Positions 48,965 through 57,535 of a DNA stretch of 64,000 bases are shown here, in pieces; positions within the stretch are counted from its first letter, which is position 1, and the number at the start of each line of letters is the position of its first letter. Under the pieces are notes generated by a model, which was not told the DNA's origin, ran no database searches, and was given only the letters and a program-made list of their open reading frames with translations. Location of the stretch: the NCBI GenBank assembly GCA_964479835.1, contig CAYZRE010000002.1:24987-88986 (forward strand), in the 5' to 3' direction. Source of the stretch: an uncultured Candidatus Saccharibacteria bacterium. Lineage in GTDB: Bacteria; Patescibacteriota; Minisyncoccia; 2-02-FULL-40-12; GWA2-44-9. The position numbers and the translations under genes were made by a program.

Positions 48965-49312
48965 TTAGGAAACAAATTCTACAATCGCTACGGGCGAACC
49001 GTCGGACTGGCGTCGTCCCAGCTTGATGACACGAGTGTAACCCCCGGCGCGGTCGGCAAACTTGGGGGCGACTTCCTTGAACATCTTGGTTGCAGCCTCG
49101 GTGCCGACCTGCCGAAGCAGGAGTCGGCGACCTGCGAGTGTGCCGCGCTTGGCCTGCGTGACCAGCTTGTCGGCGACGGTCTTGAGCGTCTTGGCGCGGG
49201 CGGTGGTGGTGCGGATGCGGCCGTGGGTGATGAGCGCCGTCAACAGCCCCTTGAGAAAGGCTTTGCGTTGCTGCATCTCTCTTCCGAATACTCGCTTGTT
49301 ACCGCGTTTCAT
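48965..49312 (-). CDS. rplQ: 50S ribosomal protein L17
   Basis: I.TT..RAK, R.GGYTRVIKLG.R..DG. Confidence 0.96.
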   Translation of the reverse strand: MKRGNKRVFGREMQQRKAFLKGLLTALITHGRIRTTTARAKTLKTVADKLVTQAKRGTLAGRRLLLRQVGTEAATKMFKEVAPKFADRAGGYTRVIKLGRRQSDGSPVAIVEFVS

Positions 49313-49347
49313 TGGGTGTGTATACTATCACGAAATTACGATATTGT

Positions 49348-50091
49348 CTACTCTTTTTTGGCTTTCTTCTCTTTCTTAATTTTCTTTGCCACGCGTGCCT
49401 CCTGCTCGGGGACGGCAATCTTGGCAACAAGCGCAAAGTGATCGGCAAGAATCGTGGCCGCTTCCTTCATCGCCTCTTCGGGCTGGACGGCGCCGTCGGT
49501 TTCGATTTCCATCGTGACCTTGTTGAAGTCGATGCGCTGTCCGACGCGGACATCTTCGATGCTGAAGTTCACCAGACGAACCGGTGAGTAGGCCGCATCA
49601 ATGGCGATAACGCCGATGGGCAGTTTCTCTTTCTGGCGCATCTCCACGGAGACATACCCGCGGCCCTTTTGTACCGTGAGCTCCATGTCCAGCTCGGCTT
49701 TCTTGTCGGTGAGCGTGCAGATGTGCTGGTCGCGGTTGATGAGCTCTACATCAGAGGTGAGTTGGATGTCGTCGGCGGTGACTTTGCTCTCGCCCTTGGC
49801 GATGAGTTTGACGGTGATGGGCTCATTGGAGAAACAGCGGAAGCGGAGCTTCTTGAGGTTGAGGATGATTTCAACGATATCCTCCTGTACCCCCGAGATG
49901 GCACCAAACTCGTGCTCTACGCCCTTAATCTTGATGGAGGTGACCGCAGACCCCTCCAGAGACGACAACAGCACGCGCCGGAGCGGGTTTGCTACGGTGG
50001 CGCCGTATCCGGGCATCAGAGGACCGATTTCGAACACGGCCTTGTTGCCCTCTTTCTTTACTACTTTTACTTCTTCGGGAAGCTGTATCAT
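49348..50091 (-). CDS. rpoA: RNA polymerase alpha subunit lacking the alpha-CTD
   Basis: PL.PGYG.T..N.LRRVLLSS, GRGYV, IDA.YSPV; only 247 aa. Confidence 0.95.
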   Translation of the reverse strand: MIQLPEEVKVVKKEGNKAVFEIGPLMPGYGATVANPLRRVLLSSLEGSAVTSIKIKGVEHEFGAISGVQEDIVEIILNLKKLRFRCFSNEPITVKLIAKGESKVTADDIQLTSDVELINRDQHICTLTDKKAELDMELTVQKGRGYVSVEMRQKEKLPIGVIAIDAAYSPVRLVNFSIEDVRVGQRIDFNKVTMEIETDGAVQPEEAMKEAATILADHFALVAKIAVPEQEARVAKKIKKEKKAKKE

Positions 50092-50179
50092 TACGGGTGG
50101 TTTGGCACGTTCTCTGACTGTGAGGGGAGGAGGTTACGGGTCGGGATCTCCCAATCAGCGTTCGTGTTGTACCGGTTAT

Positions 50180-50824
50180 TTACCTTGAATAGTATTCGAT
50201 AATCGCCTGCAAGTCCGTCATCTGTACGCCGCTGGATTCCGCGGTAGGCGTGGACTTCATGGTGGCGTTCGGAATCGTCTTGTCGACTGCCAGCCAGTCA
50301 GGCGGGACATGCGTCTCAAACCAACGCGGCATCAGGGTACTGAAATAGGGGGACGCCATGGACTGCGGGCGAATGCCGATGACATCGCCGACACGCACGA
50401 CAATCGAGGAAGTCTTCGCGCGCTTGCCGTTGAGGGTGATGTGACCGTGACCGACGATTTGGTGCGCCTGATCGCGCGACTGGGCGAAGCCCATGCGGAA
50501 GACCACATTGTCCAAGCGCGTCTCCAGTGAGCGGATGACTGCCGTATATGCGGATTCCTTTTTCGTGTTTGCCAGCGCCTTCTTTACATACGCCTTAAAC
50601 GGCTTCTCCATCATGCGGTACATCTGGCGGACTTTTTGTTTACTGCGCAGTTGGGTGCCGTATTCGGACAGCTTGCGCGGGCGGCGTCCCGAGCCGTGCT
50701 GGCCGGGCGGGTACGGACGCTTCACCATCGCCGATTTTGGCGAGTTGGAGCGCTCGCCTTTGAGGCCGAGTCGTTCGCCGAGTCTGCGTTCTATTTTCTC
50801 TCGTGGTCCGGTATAGCGTGCCAT
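50180..50824 (-). CDS. rpsD: 30S ribosomal protein S4
   Basis: MARYTGP, PPGQHG, SEYG.QL..KQK, LE.RLDNVV.R, IEYYSR. Confidence 0.97.
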   Translation of the reverse strand: MARYTGPREKIERRLGERLGLKGERSNSPKSAMVKRPYPPGQHGSGRRPRKLSEYGTQLRSKQKVRQMYRMMEKPFKAYVKKALANTKKESAYTAVIRSLETRLDNVVFRMGFAQSRDQAHQIVGHGHITLNGKRAKTSSIVVRVGDVIGIRPQSMASPYFSTLMPRWFETHVPPDWLAVDKTIPNATMKSTPTAESSGVQMTDLQAIIEYYSR

Positions 50825-50827
50825 GGT

Positions 50828-51364
50828 TTATATTCTGCGGGGCTTAGAAGATTTCACGCCGTTATGCGGAACAGGGGTGCCGTCCATGATGGAACTAATG
50901 TTCATGCCAGTGCCTGCGACGCCGCGGATTGCGCTCTCACGGGCCGGGCCGACGCCTTTGACCACGATGCGGACATTGAGCAGGCCGAAGCGCTTGGACT
51001 TTTCGATGACATCCTTGGCGACGAGGTTTGCGGCATATGGGGTCGACTTCTTGCTTCCCTTGAAGCCCAACAGTCCCGCGCTGGAGAATGCAATCACATT
51101 GCCGCCCAAATCACTGATGGCAATAAGCGTGTTGTTGTATGAAATATTGATGTGCACGATGCCGTTGAGTACCTGCTTCTTGGCGGGCTTGACCGATTTC
51201 GGTGTGGCGATGGTCGCTTCAGTTGCTTCCGCAACCACAACATCCGCAGTTTTGGGCGATATAATGAAGGGTTCTTTGGCCGCCTTCGGCTCTTTAACCG
51301 CTTTGGGTTCCTTAACCGCCTTCGGCGCTTTGGTTACTTCAGATTTCTTAGGTGTAGTAGGCAT
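50828..51364 (-). CDS. rpsK: 30S ribosomal protein S11 with Lys/Ala/Pro-rich extension
   Basis: NNT, GFKGSKKSTPYAA, TPVPHNG. Confidence 0.96.
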   Translation of the reverse strand: MPTTPKKSEVTKAPKAVKEPKAVKEPKAAKEPFIISPKTADVVVAEATEATIATPKSVKPAKKQVLNGIVHINISYNNTLIAISDLGGNVIAFSSAGLLGFKGSKKSTPYAANLVAKDVIEKSKRFGLLNVRIVVKGVGPARESAIRGVAGTGMNISSIMDGTPVPHNGVKSSKPRRI

Positions 51365-51371
51365 TGGAGTA

Positions 51372-51758
51372 TCAAGTCTTCTCTGAAGCTTTGGAACGCC
51401 CCGAACCCATCGTGTGGCGGACATTGCCACGGGTCGTGCGACTGTTGGTCTTGGTGCGGCCTCTGACCGGGAGGCGTCGTGACAGACGCGAGCCGTGCCA
51501 GGTGCCCGTTTCTTTGTAGTGCTTCTGGTTTTCGCCGACTTCCTTGCGCAAGTCCCCCTCTATCTTATATGCGCGCTCGATAATCTTCTGGATTTTGCCC
51601 AGCTCCTCACCCGAGAGTTCACTGGCCTTTTTGTCGGGGTCAATGCCGGCGCTCTTGAGAATGATGCCCGAAGTCGTAAGCCCGATGCCGTACAAATACG
51701 GAAGCGAGTAGAGGATTTTCTTATTATCGGGAATGGTGACTCCAAAGATGCGAGGCAT
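51372..51758 (-). CDS. rpsM: 30S ribosomal protein S13
   Basis: RI.GV.IP..K, YGIG, EGDLR, LPVRG.TKTN.RT. Confidence 0.96.
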   Translation of the reverse strand: MPRIFGVTIPDNKKILYSLPYLYGIGLTTSGIILKSAGIDPDKKASELSGEELGKIQKIIERAYKIEGDLRKEVGENQKHYKETGTWHGSRLSRRLPVRGRTKTNSRTTRGNVRHTMGSGRSKASEKT

Positions 51759-51788
51759 GGTGGGTGGGTGGGGATAATTAATGGAAAA

Positions 51789-51902
51789 TTAACCTTGTCT
51801 TTGCTTATGCTTGGCAATCTTGCAAATGCAATACAGGCGCTTCTTGCGCCGTACGAGTTTGCAGTTCTTGCACATGGGTTTTACGGATGCTTGGACTTTC
51901 AT
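51789..51902 (-). CDS. rpmJ: 50S ribosomal protein L36 (not in the ORF track)
   Basis: Hand translation [37 protein letters not shown]. Confidence 0.95.
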   Translation of the reverse strand: MKVQASVKPMCKNCKLVRRKKRLYCICKIAKHKQRQG

Positions 51903-51937
51903 GACACAATAAAATCGGCTGTCACACACTTATGCGA

Positions 51938-52165
51938 CTAATTGCGGTATACGATGCGGCCTCGGGCTTTGTCCGGGGAGAGCTCTAGGGTGACCTTGTC
52001 ACCCATCATGACCTTGATATAGCGCAGACGCATACGGCCCGCTAAGTAGGCCAGCACAAGAGTGCCGTCCTCGAGCTGGACGCGAAATGTGGCGTCCGGC
52101 AACGCCTCTATGACGCTGCCGATAACTTTTGGCTTTTTCTGGTCGTTCAAGGATGCGCTCCGCAA
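51938..52165 (-). CDS. infA: Translation initiation factor IF-1
   Basis: G.V.EALP...F.V.L, LA...G.MR..YI....GD.V..ELSP; start could be 52150. Confidence 0.95.
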   Translation of the reverse strand: MRSASLNDQKKPKVIGSVIEALPDATFRVQLEDGTLVLAYLAGRMRLRYIKVMMGDKVTLELSPDKARGRIVYRN

Positions 52166-52174
52166 AGCCCGACT

Positions 52175-52203
52175 ATATTAGCAGACGGACCCCTTACTGT
52201 CAA
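52175..52203 (-). promoter_or_regulatory. sigma70 promoter of the infA-rpoA operon
   Basis: TTGACA-N17-TAATAT. Confidence 0.8.
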
Positions 52204-52207
52204 CGGC

Positions 52208-54157
52208 CTATTGGCCGCCCTCGTCGTACACGAGTTCTATCTCGATTTTGGCCGGGTTTGAGGGCACGGAACGGACCCAGAATGGCGACAGGGTGACGGT
52301 GGCCGACCGGATACCCTCTTTATCCTTGAAGTAGCTCTGGATATTTGCGGTATTCTTGCCGCCGATATCCTGCTTGATGGCGTCGGTATCCACCGGCGCA
52401 TACCCCATGCCCTTCACGGTGACGGTAAAGGTCAGGGTTCCCGAGTCAGCCTTGAACGAGATATCCGAGTACGAAAGCTCTAGCTTGTCGGGCATCACCA
52501 TGAGGCGCTCCCGCTTGAGGAAACTCTTTCGGATAAGCTCCCGAAGATCGGTACTTCGGAACGCGACCGTGGCGAGTGTCCCTGTGGCGGTTGCGGTGAC
52601 CGAGTCGGCGGCGTCATCAACCCGGGCCGAGCTTTGCGCATCCTTCATGACGGGCTTGTCGCCATCAAGCACCATGAGTTCGTCGCCCTGTGCCTCGAGC
52701 GCTTGTTTGATTTCTTCTTTGACTGCCGCACTGGCTGCTGCCGTTGCGTTTTCGAGGTCAACCGCCGTGACGACGGATGAAGGTCCGCTGACACCTCCGG
52801 TCATCGGCTGATCGGAGCGACCATAGAATTGCTTTACCTTATCCGTCTCGCCCTTTTCGACAAAGGCCATGATGGTAAAATTTCCGGCGGGTACATTGTA
52901 GGTCGGTCCGGGTTTGTCGGCGATGACATCCACGGTTGTGGTTCCTGCGACGGTCTTACCCGCGTTCACCGTACTGCCCGGCACCGTGACATTCTGCAGA
53001 GTCCGGAAGACTAACCCGTTTGATGATTGAAATCGTGTCGTCACGACCAGCGTCTGGGGCGAGGAAGAATATTCATTGACGACCGTCAGTTTGCCGCGCG
53101 CCTTGGATGCCACCTCGCGGTTGCCGGTTGCGGGGACCGTATTGGATGCGGTCTTGCTGACCTCCAACAGCTGTCCCGGGATTTTATAAAATGCATCGTC
53201 CACACTCGTGAATGCATCGGACGCCTGTACCGTGATTTGAGTATCCAGTGTTTTTCCGGTGGGAGCCAGCGCAACACGCGCCGAACCGGTTGTGGCGTAC
53301 ACGACCGAACCCAGGACGAGAAATGCGGCCAGCAGGATGCCGGCGATAACTTTCTTGGGAACAGATGCATCTCCGGCACTGCGCGCGGTCAGTGAGAATG
53401 AGCCGGCGAGCATATGGAAGAAACGGGTCATCAGTGACGGTCTGCTGGGAGTGACATTGAGTGTCGTTCTCCGGCCGTACCCGACTTTGTCGCGCCAAAC
53501 CGTATCTATGTAGTCCAGCTCCCGTGCGGTTTGCACGGGGATAGGGGCCGCTTTCTCGACACGCGATGACGGAGAGAGTGTTCTCTGCGGTACCCCGCCC
53601 CGTATGCCGTCTACCACAGACGCGAGCATCGCGGTGGATACATCTTCAGCATCAGGCTCATCGGCTTTGCCGTCTTTATTGTCATCAACCGGATTGCCCT
53701 CTTCATCCAGGACATGCATGTTGCGAAGCGGGTCGCCGTCGATTGCGTCGGAATCAATACTGTCGTTGCCCATCGTCGCGTCCGAAGTCATCGGAACTTC
53801 GCTGAATGCATCGTCTTGCTCGTCGCGGATTTCGGGGTCGGCCGGTGGCGGAGAGCTTGCCAGAACAGCGGGCTGACGGGCCGGAGCCACAGAGGCCGGC
53901 CTGTTTGGTTTCTGTGATGCGATAACGGTAAAGCCGAACTTCTTTGCTAAAACAGCTGTATCGGGATTTGGGGTAAGAACGGAGACGGTCTTTTTACCCT
54001 GACTCGCTTCGCTGGCAAATGCGGCGAAATGGTCTTCATGACGGAAGAGTCTGCCGTTGCGTGGCAAGACCAGAAATACTTCTCCCTCAGGCGCCTTTCG
54101 GAACAGCTCCAGAATCTCGTCGAAGGAGTCGTCCTTGAGAACATTGATAATCTTCAC
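52208..54157 (-). CDS. Membrane protein with baseplate J-like extracellular domain
   Basis: N-terminal domain, acidic disordered linker, TM, A.G.....N......L...T.F....G..F, V.A...G..YN...G, MTGG, SPFW...VP; GTG start inferred. Confidence 0.7.
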   Translation of the reverse strand: MKIINVLKDDSFDEILELFRKAPEGEVFLVLPRNGRLFRHEDHFAAFASEASQGKKTVSVLTPNPDTAVLAKKFGFTVIASQKPNRPASVAPARQPAVLASSPPPADPEIRDEQDDAFSEVPMTSDATMGNDSIDSDAIDGDPLRNMHVLDEEGNPVDDNKDGKADEPDAEDVSTAMLASVVDGIRGGVPQRTLSPSSRVEKAAPIPVQTARELDYIDTVWRDKVGYGRRTTLNVTPSRPSLMTRFFHMLAGSFSLTARSAGDASVPKKVIAGILLAAFLVLGSVVYATTGSARVALAPTGKTLDTQITVQASDAFTSVDDAFYKIPGQLLEVSKTASNTVPATGNREVASKARGKLTVVNEYSSSPQTLVVTTRFQSSNGLVFRTLQNVTVPGSTVNAGKTVAGTTTVDVIADKPGPTYNVPAGNFTIMAFVEKGETDKVKQFYGRSDQPMTGGVSGPSSVVTAVDLENATAAASAAVKEEIKQALEAQGDELMVLDGDKPVMKDAQSSARVDDAADSVTATATGTLATVAFRSTDLRELIRKSFLKRERLMVMPDKLELSYSDISFKADSGTLTFTVTVKGMGYAPVDTDAIKQDIGGKNTANIQSYFKDKEGIRSATVTLSPFWVRSVPSNPAKIEIELVYDEGGQ

Positions 54158-54323
54158 GGGGTAATAAGTATGATAAAGGTTGTAGTTCAGTATACCCTGT
54201 TCTCCTGCGAACTCAAACCCCCTGCCATGTGGACACCTCAAACCCAGCTACACCACATATTGACTTTTCATGTCAATATGCTATAATAGAAGGTAGTTAC
54301 GGTTCATTAAAGGAGAGTGTAGC

Positions 54324-54479
54324 ATGCTCAAGAAAGCCGTGGTGTTCGCGGCGACGCACAAGCTGGCGTCGGCGGCATTCATATTGCTGCCGTTCGTCGG
54401 CACGGTCGTGGCAGCGGGTATCCTGGCGTACCAGAACCGACAGCGCGTCACGGCTCTGGGAACCGCGTGGAGGCACTGA
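54324..54479 (+). CDS. 51-aa TM microprotein (SD-led)
   Basis: TTGACT-N17-TATAAT promoter, SD AAGGAG; MLKKAVVFAATHKLASAAFILLPFVGTVVAAGILAYQ... Confidence 0.6.
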   Translation: MLKKAVVFAATHKLASAAFILLPFVGTVVAAGILAYQNRQRVTALGTAWRH

Positions 54480-54628
54480 TGGACGCCGTCATGTTGGGCC
54501 ACATCGTCGTGATCGCCCTCTGGGTGGTCATCCTCGTCCCGACGATTCGTGGCCTCGTGCACTTCTTTCGCACGACCCGTCTCGCCGACCTCGTGCCGCG
54601 CGTCACGCGCGTGCGAGTCGTCCGGTGA
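54479..54628 (+). CDS. 49-aa TM microprotein with Arg-rich tail
   Basis: TGATG coupling, SD GGAGG; MDAVMLGHIVVIALWVVILVPTIRG... Confidence 0.55.
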   Translation: MDAVMLGHIVVIALWVVILVPTIRGLVHFFRTTRLADLVPRVTRVRVVR

Positions 54629-54654
54629 CAAGTTAGTTCTCAACGGTCTCGCGC

Positions 54655-56175
54655 CTAGTGCGCGGGACCGTTATTTATTTCCGTTAGACCGTACAGCTTC
54701 CGCCAAATCGCGTACATGGCCTCGGTATCCCGTTCGCAGTATTTTTTCAGGTCGTTGGAAATTGTCGCACTCTCTTTGGCTGATGTCGCCGGAGAAACCA
54801 TCGTCCACCATGCGTCGGAGGCCTGCCCGCCTTCCTTGATACCAAGATCTTCGTAGCTTAACTCCGGCACCAGAGCCGGAAGTACTTTCTTAATCGAGGT
54901 ACTGCCTCTGAACGCCGGGTGAACATACTGTTGGTCTTGAAAAATCTCCCGAAGGTCGTAGAACATCGCGTTAATCCTATCGATGAACTCCCGGTGAGCC
55001 GGGAACCGGACGGCAAGTTCTTTGTTGACCCCGACTTCGAAAGACTTGTTCCAGGCGATGATGGTTCCACTCTGGCCGATGTGTTCTTCCAAGAGTGCCA
55101 GCACCGCCTCTGATGGGTCAGTCCGTTCTGCATTTAAATACTCAACATGCGTCAGTGTGCCGTCCGGATCTTTTAGGATATGCAGAGAGAACTGGAAAGG
55201 AATCCTCTGATACGGGCGGTATCGGTCAAATATCGGAATCGCAGGTGCAAAAGTCTCGTAGTCAAGAAACAACAGCGGGAAGGCCAGTTTCTCCAACTCC
55301 TTTCTGATGGCCTCGCGGTGTATCGTCGGCGTGCCGGACTGGTGTGCTCGGACCTGGTTCCACTGAATATCCGAAAGCGACATATCTTCGGGAATATCGC
55401 TCAAATCATACAACCCCCGCTCAACAAGGGATTCTAATTTCTTTTTACTCAACCCTATACGGGAGATATCGTGGACAGAATATGCCGGAACCTTTGGGTT
55501 CGAATGCCCGAAGGTGGTGCAGTGCCTGCTTCTTCCCTGATATAGGCACTCACATCCGCCTACCGGTTCGGTTTCACCGGTCAGATATTCCTTTGCGCCC
55601 CGCATCTGATCTTCGGTTGTCTGAAGTCGCTCGAGTACTTTTTCTGTCTCGTCATCAAGCACAAAAAGCTCCCGTATATTGAGCTCGCCGTCCCGGGTGT
55701 ATTCCTTATTCAGGTGAACGAGAAAGTATTTTCCGACTTCGATGTGAGAACGCTTCAGAACCGATGCCTGAAACGCGAGGTCATCGATGTGGTCGTGATC
55801 GGGTCCGTTTTCCTTAACCGAGTTAGTTCCCTTCACCTCATAGAGGTCCCATCGGTCATTGTCGGCGTTGTAGACGAGGGCGTCGTTGCGCGCAATAAAA
55901 CCGTCGACGATAAATGTCGCCTGAAAAATCGCCGGAACTTTCGTGGTCATAAAGCGCACCGTTTCCCGGCAGGCCTCCTCCCCCGTTGCCACAACCTCAA
56001 CACCGCCCGGAAACAGGTTGCGGGCATACGACTCAACCTCGTTGCCCTGCTCCATCAAATGCTTCTCAAAATCGGACAGTACAAAGTGTACGAGGAGTTC
56101 GGGTTTGTGAAGCTTCAACCAAACATTCTTCGAGCAGTAGAGATAATCAAGAAAAGTTGTTTTTGAGATCATCAT
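54655..56175 (-). CDS. DUF2779-type protein (PD-(D/E)xK plus RNase H-like nuclease domains)
   Basis: ISK......C.K..WL, D.L...LYEVK, DDLAFQ, FLDYET, PFQFSLH, SIK.VLP, YC..D. Confidence 0.8.
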   Translation of the reverse strand: MMISKTTFLDYLYCSKNVWLKLHKPELLVHFVLSDFEKHLMEQGNEVESYARNLFPGGVEVVATGEEACRETVRFMTTKVPAIFQATFIVDGFIARNDALVYNADNDRWDLYEVKGTNSVKENGPDHDHIDDLAFQASVLKRSHIEVGKYFLVHLNKEYTRDGELNIRELFVLDDETEKVLERLQTTEDQMRGAKEYLTGETEPVGGCECLYQGRSRHCTTFGHSNPKVPAYSVHDISRIGLSKKKLESLVERGLYDLSDIPEDMSLSDIQWNQVRAHQSGTPTIHREAIRKELEKLAFPLLFLDYETFAPAIPIFDRYRPYQRIPFQFSLHILKDPDGTLTHVEYLNAERTDPSEAVLALLEEHIGQSGTIIAWNKSFEVGVNKELAVRFPAHREFIDRINAMFYDLREIFQDQQYVHPAFRGSTSIKKVLPALVPELSYEDLGIKEGGQASDAWWTMVSPATSAKESATISNDLKKYCERDTEAMYAIWRKLYGLTEINNGPAH

Positions 56176-57125
56176 ACCTGGTACCGGGTTACGATGGCGC
56201 GGACCTCCTCCGCGCTTTTTGTTTCCATCAATTGCAGACGCAACGCCGCTGCGCCCGGCCAGCCGGAAACATACACTTTGTAAAACCTTTTCATCAGATC
56301 GAACGATTTCACGCCGCCCCATTGTCGTGTCCACGCATCGGTATGCATCAGAAGAAGTTGTAGCCGTTCCTGCGGAGTGTGTTCGTCGGTGGCATGCTCA
56401 CCGAATAGCCACGGATTCTGAAAAATACCACGGCCGACCATGTAGCCGTCAGCCCCCCATTTCTTGGAAAGTTCGACGCCGTGTGCAACGCTCATGACAT
56501 CGCCGTTGCCGACACACAGCACTCCTGCCTCATGGCACAAAGTAGCGGCACGGCCGATGAGGTCCCAGTGTGCCGGAACTTTGCTGGCTTCTTTCATCGT
56601 CCGTCCGTGCAAAATAAGTACATCCGGCTTGGCCTGCAGAATCTGGGGTATCCAGGTTTCCATTTCATCGGTACGGTACAAACCCAAACGCGTTTTGACC
56701 GCTAACGGCAGACCACCGGAACCATCTCGGAGGGCCGCGATGAGCTCTTGCGCAAGTTCCGGAGTCTTCACCAGCGATACACCGGCGCCCTGCCGCATGA
56801 CTCCCTTGTCGGGACAACCCATATTGATATCGACGCCATCAAAACCCAGTTCTCGCGCGAGCTTCCCCGCCGCGAAAAGATGCTCGGGCTTAGTGCCGAA
56901 AAATTGTGCCACGATGGGGTGGTCGGCGTTCGTGAGCGCCAAATCGAGCATCAGTCGCTCGCGGCCTGCCGACGCTAAGCCGTGTGCAGACACGAATTCA
57001 GTGTAGAGTACATCGGGGCGGCCGCATGCGGCGACAACGGACCGAAAGGCAACATCAGTGACATCGGCCATCGGGGCCAGTACCGAAAACGGTCGTTGGA
57101 GTTGTTCCCAGAATCCGTGGGGCAT
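56172..57125 (-). CDS. tRNA-dihydrouridine synthase
   Basis: LAPMADVTD, DINMGCP, VKTRLG, HGRT, GNGDV. Confidence 0.93.
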   Translation of the reverse strand: MPHGFWEQLQRPFSVLAPMADVTDVAFRSVVAACGRPDVLYTEFVSAHGLASAGRERLMLDLALTNADHPIVAQFFGTKPEHLFAAGKLARELGFDGVDINMGCPDKGVMRQGAGVSLVKTPELAQELIAALRDGSGGLPLAVKTRLGLYRTDEMETWIPQILQAKPDVLILHGRTMKEASKVPAHWDLIGRAATLCHEAGVLCVGNGDVMSVAHGVELSKKWGADGYMVGRGIFQNPWLFGEHATDEHTPQERLQLLLMHTDAWTRQWGGVKSFDLMKRFYKVYVSGWPGAAALRLQLMETKSAEEVRAIVTRYQV

Positions 57126-57535
57126 TATGCGATGGCCGTTTTTCGGCCGGAGGACGGAGAAAGCATTGGTTTGACTTCCAGTGTACGGGCACCCAGCGAT
57201 ATGCCGTCCAGCGAGAGCAGGAACGAGTAGGTACCGGGAGCAGAGAACTGCATCTGCTCGAAGTTCGCAATCACCTGCCAGTTGCCTGAATTGGTACTGA
57301 CCGGCAGTTCGGTGTGGGCGATTTGTGTTCCCGTCGGGTCCATCACATCGGTACGCAAGACATGACTGCCTCCGGTATCAATGTCGAAGTTCACCACGAG
57401 CGCAAAGCGCGGGTACATGAACGGAAACTTGTCCGCATTAATCTGGGTGAACACATTGATGAGGTTGAGATTGTTCGTTCCCGCCGATAAAAACGCTTCC
57501 CGGCACATGATAATGAAATGGGGTTGGATATTCAT
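57125..57535 (-). CDS. Hypothetical beta-sandwich protein (DUF6941-like)
   Basis: C..A......LNL..VF..I....FP, F..PG.Y; coupled to alaS and dus. Confidence 0.65.
   Translation of the reverse strand: MNIQPHFIIMCREAFLSAGTNNLNLINVFTQINADKFPFMYPRFALVVNFDIDTGGSHVLRTDVMDPTGTQIAHTELPVSTNSGNWQVIANFEQMQFSAPGTYSFLLSLDGISLGARTLEVKPMLSPSSGRKTAIA

Noticed and set aside
52208-56175. Prophage
   Set aside because: Only isolated phage-like domains among housekeeping genes; no terminase, capsid or integrase
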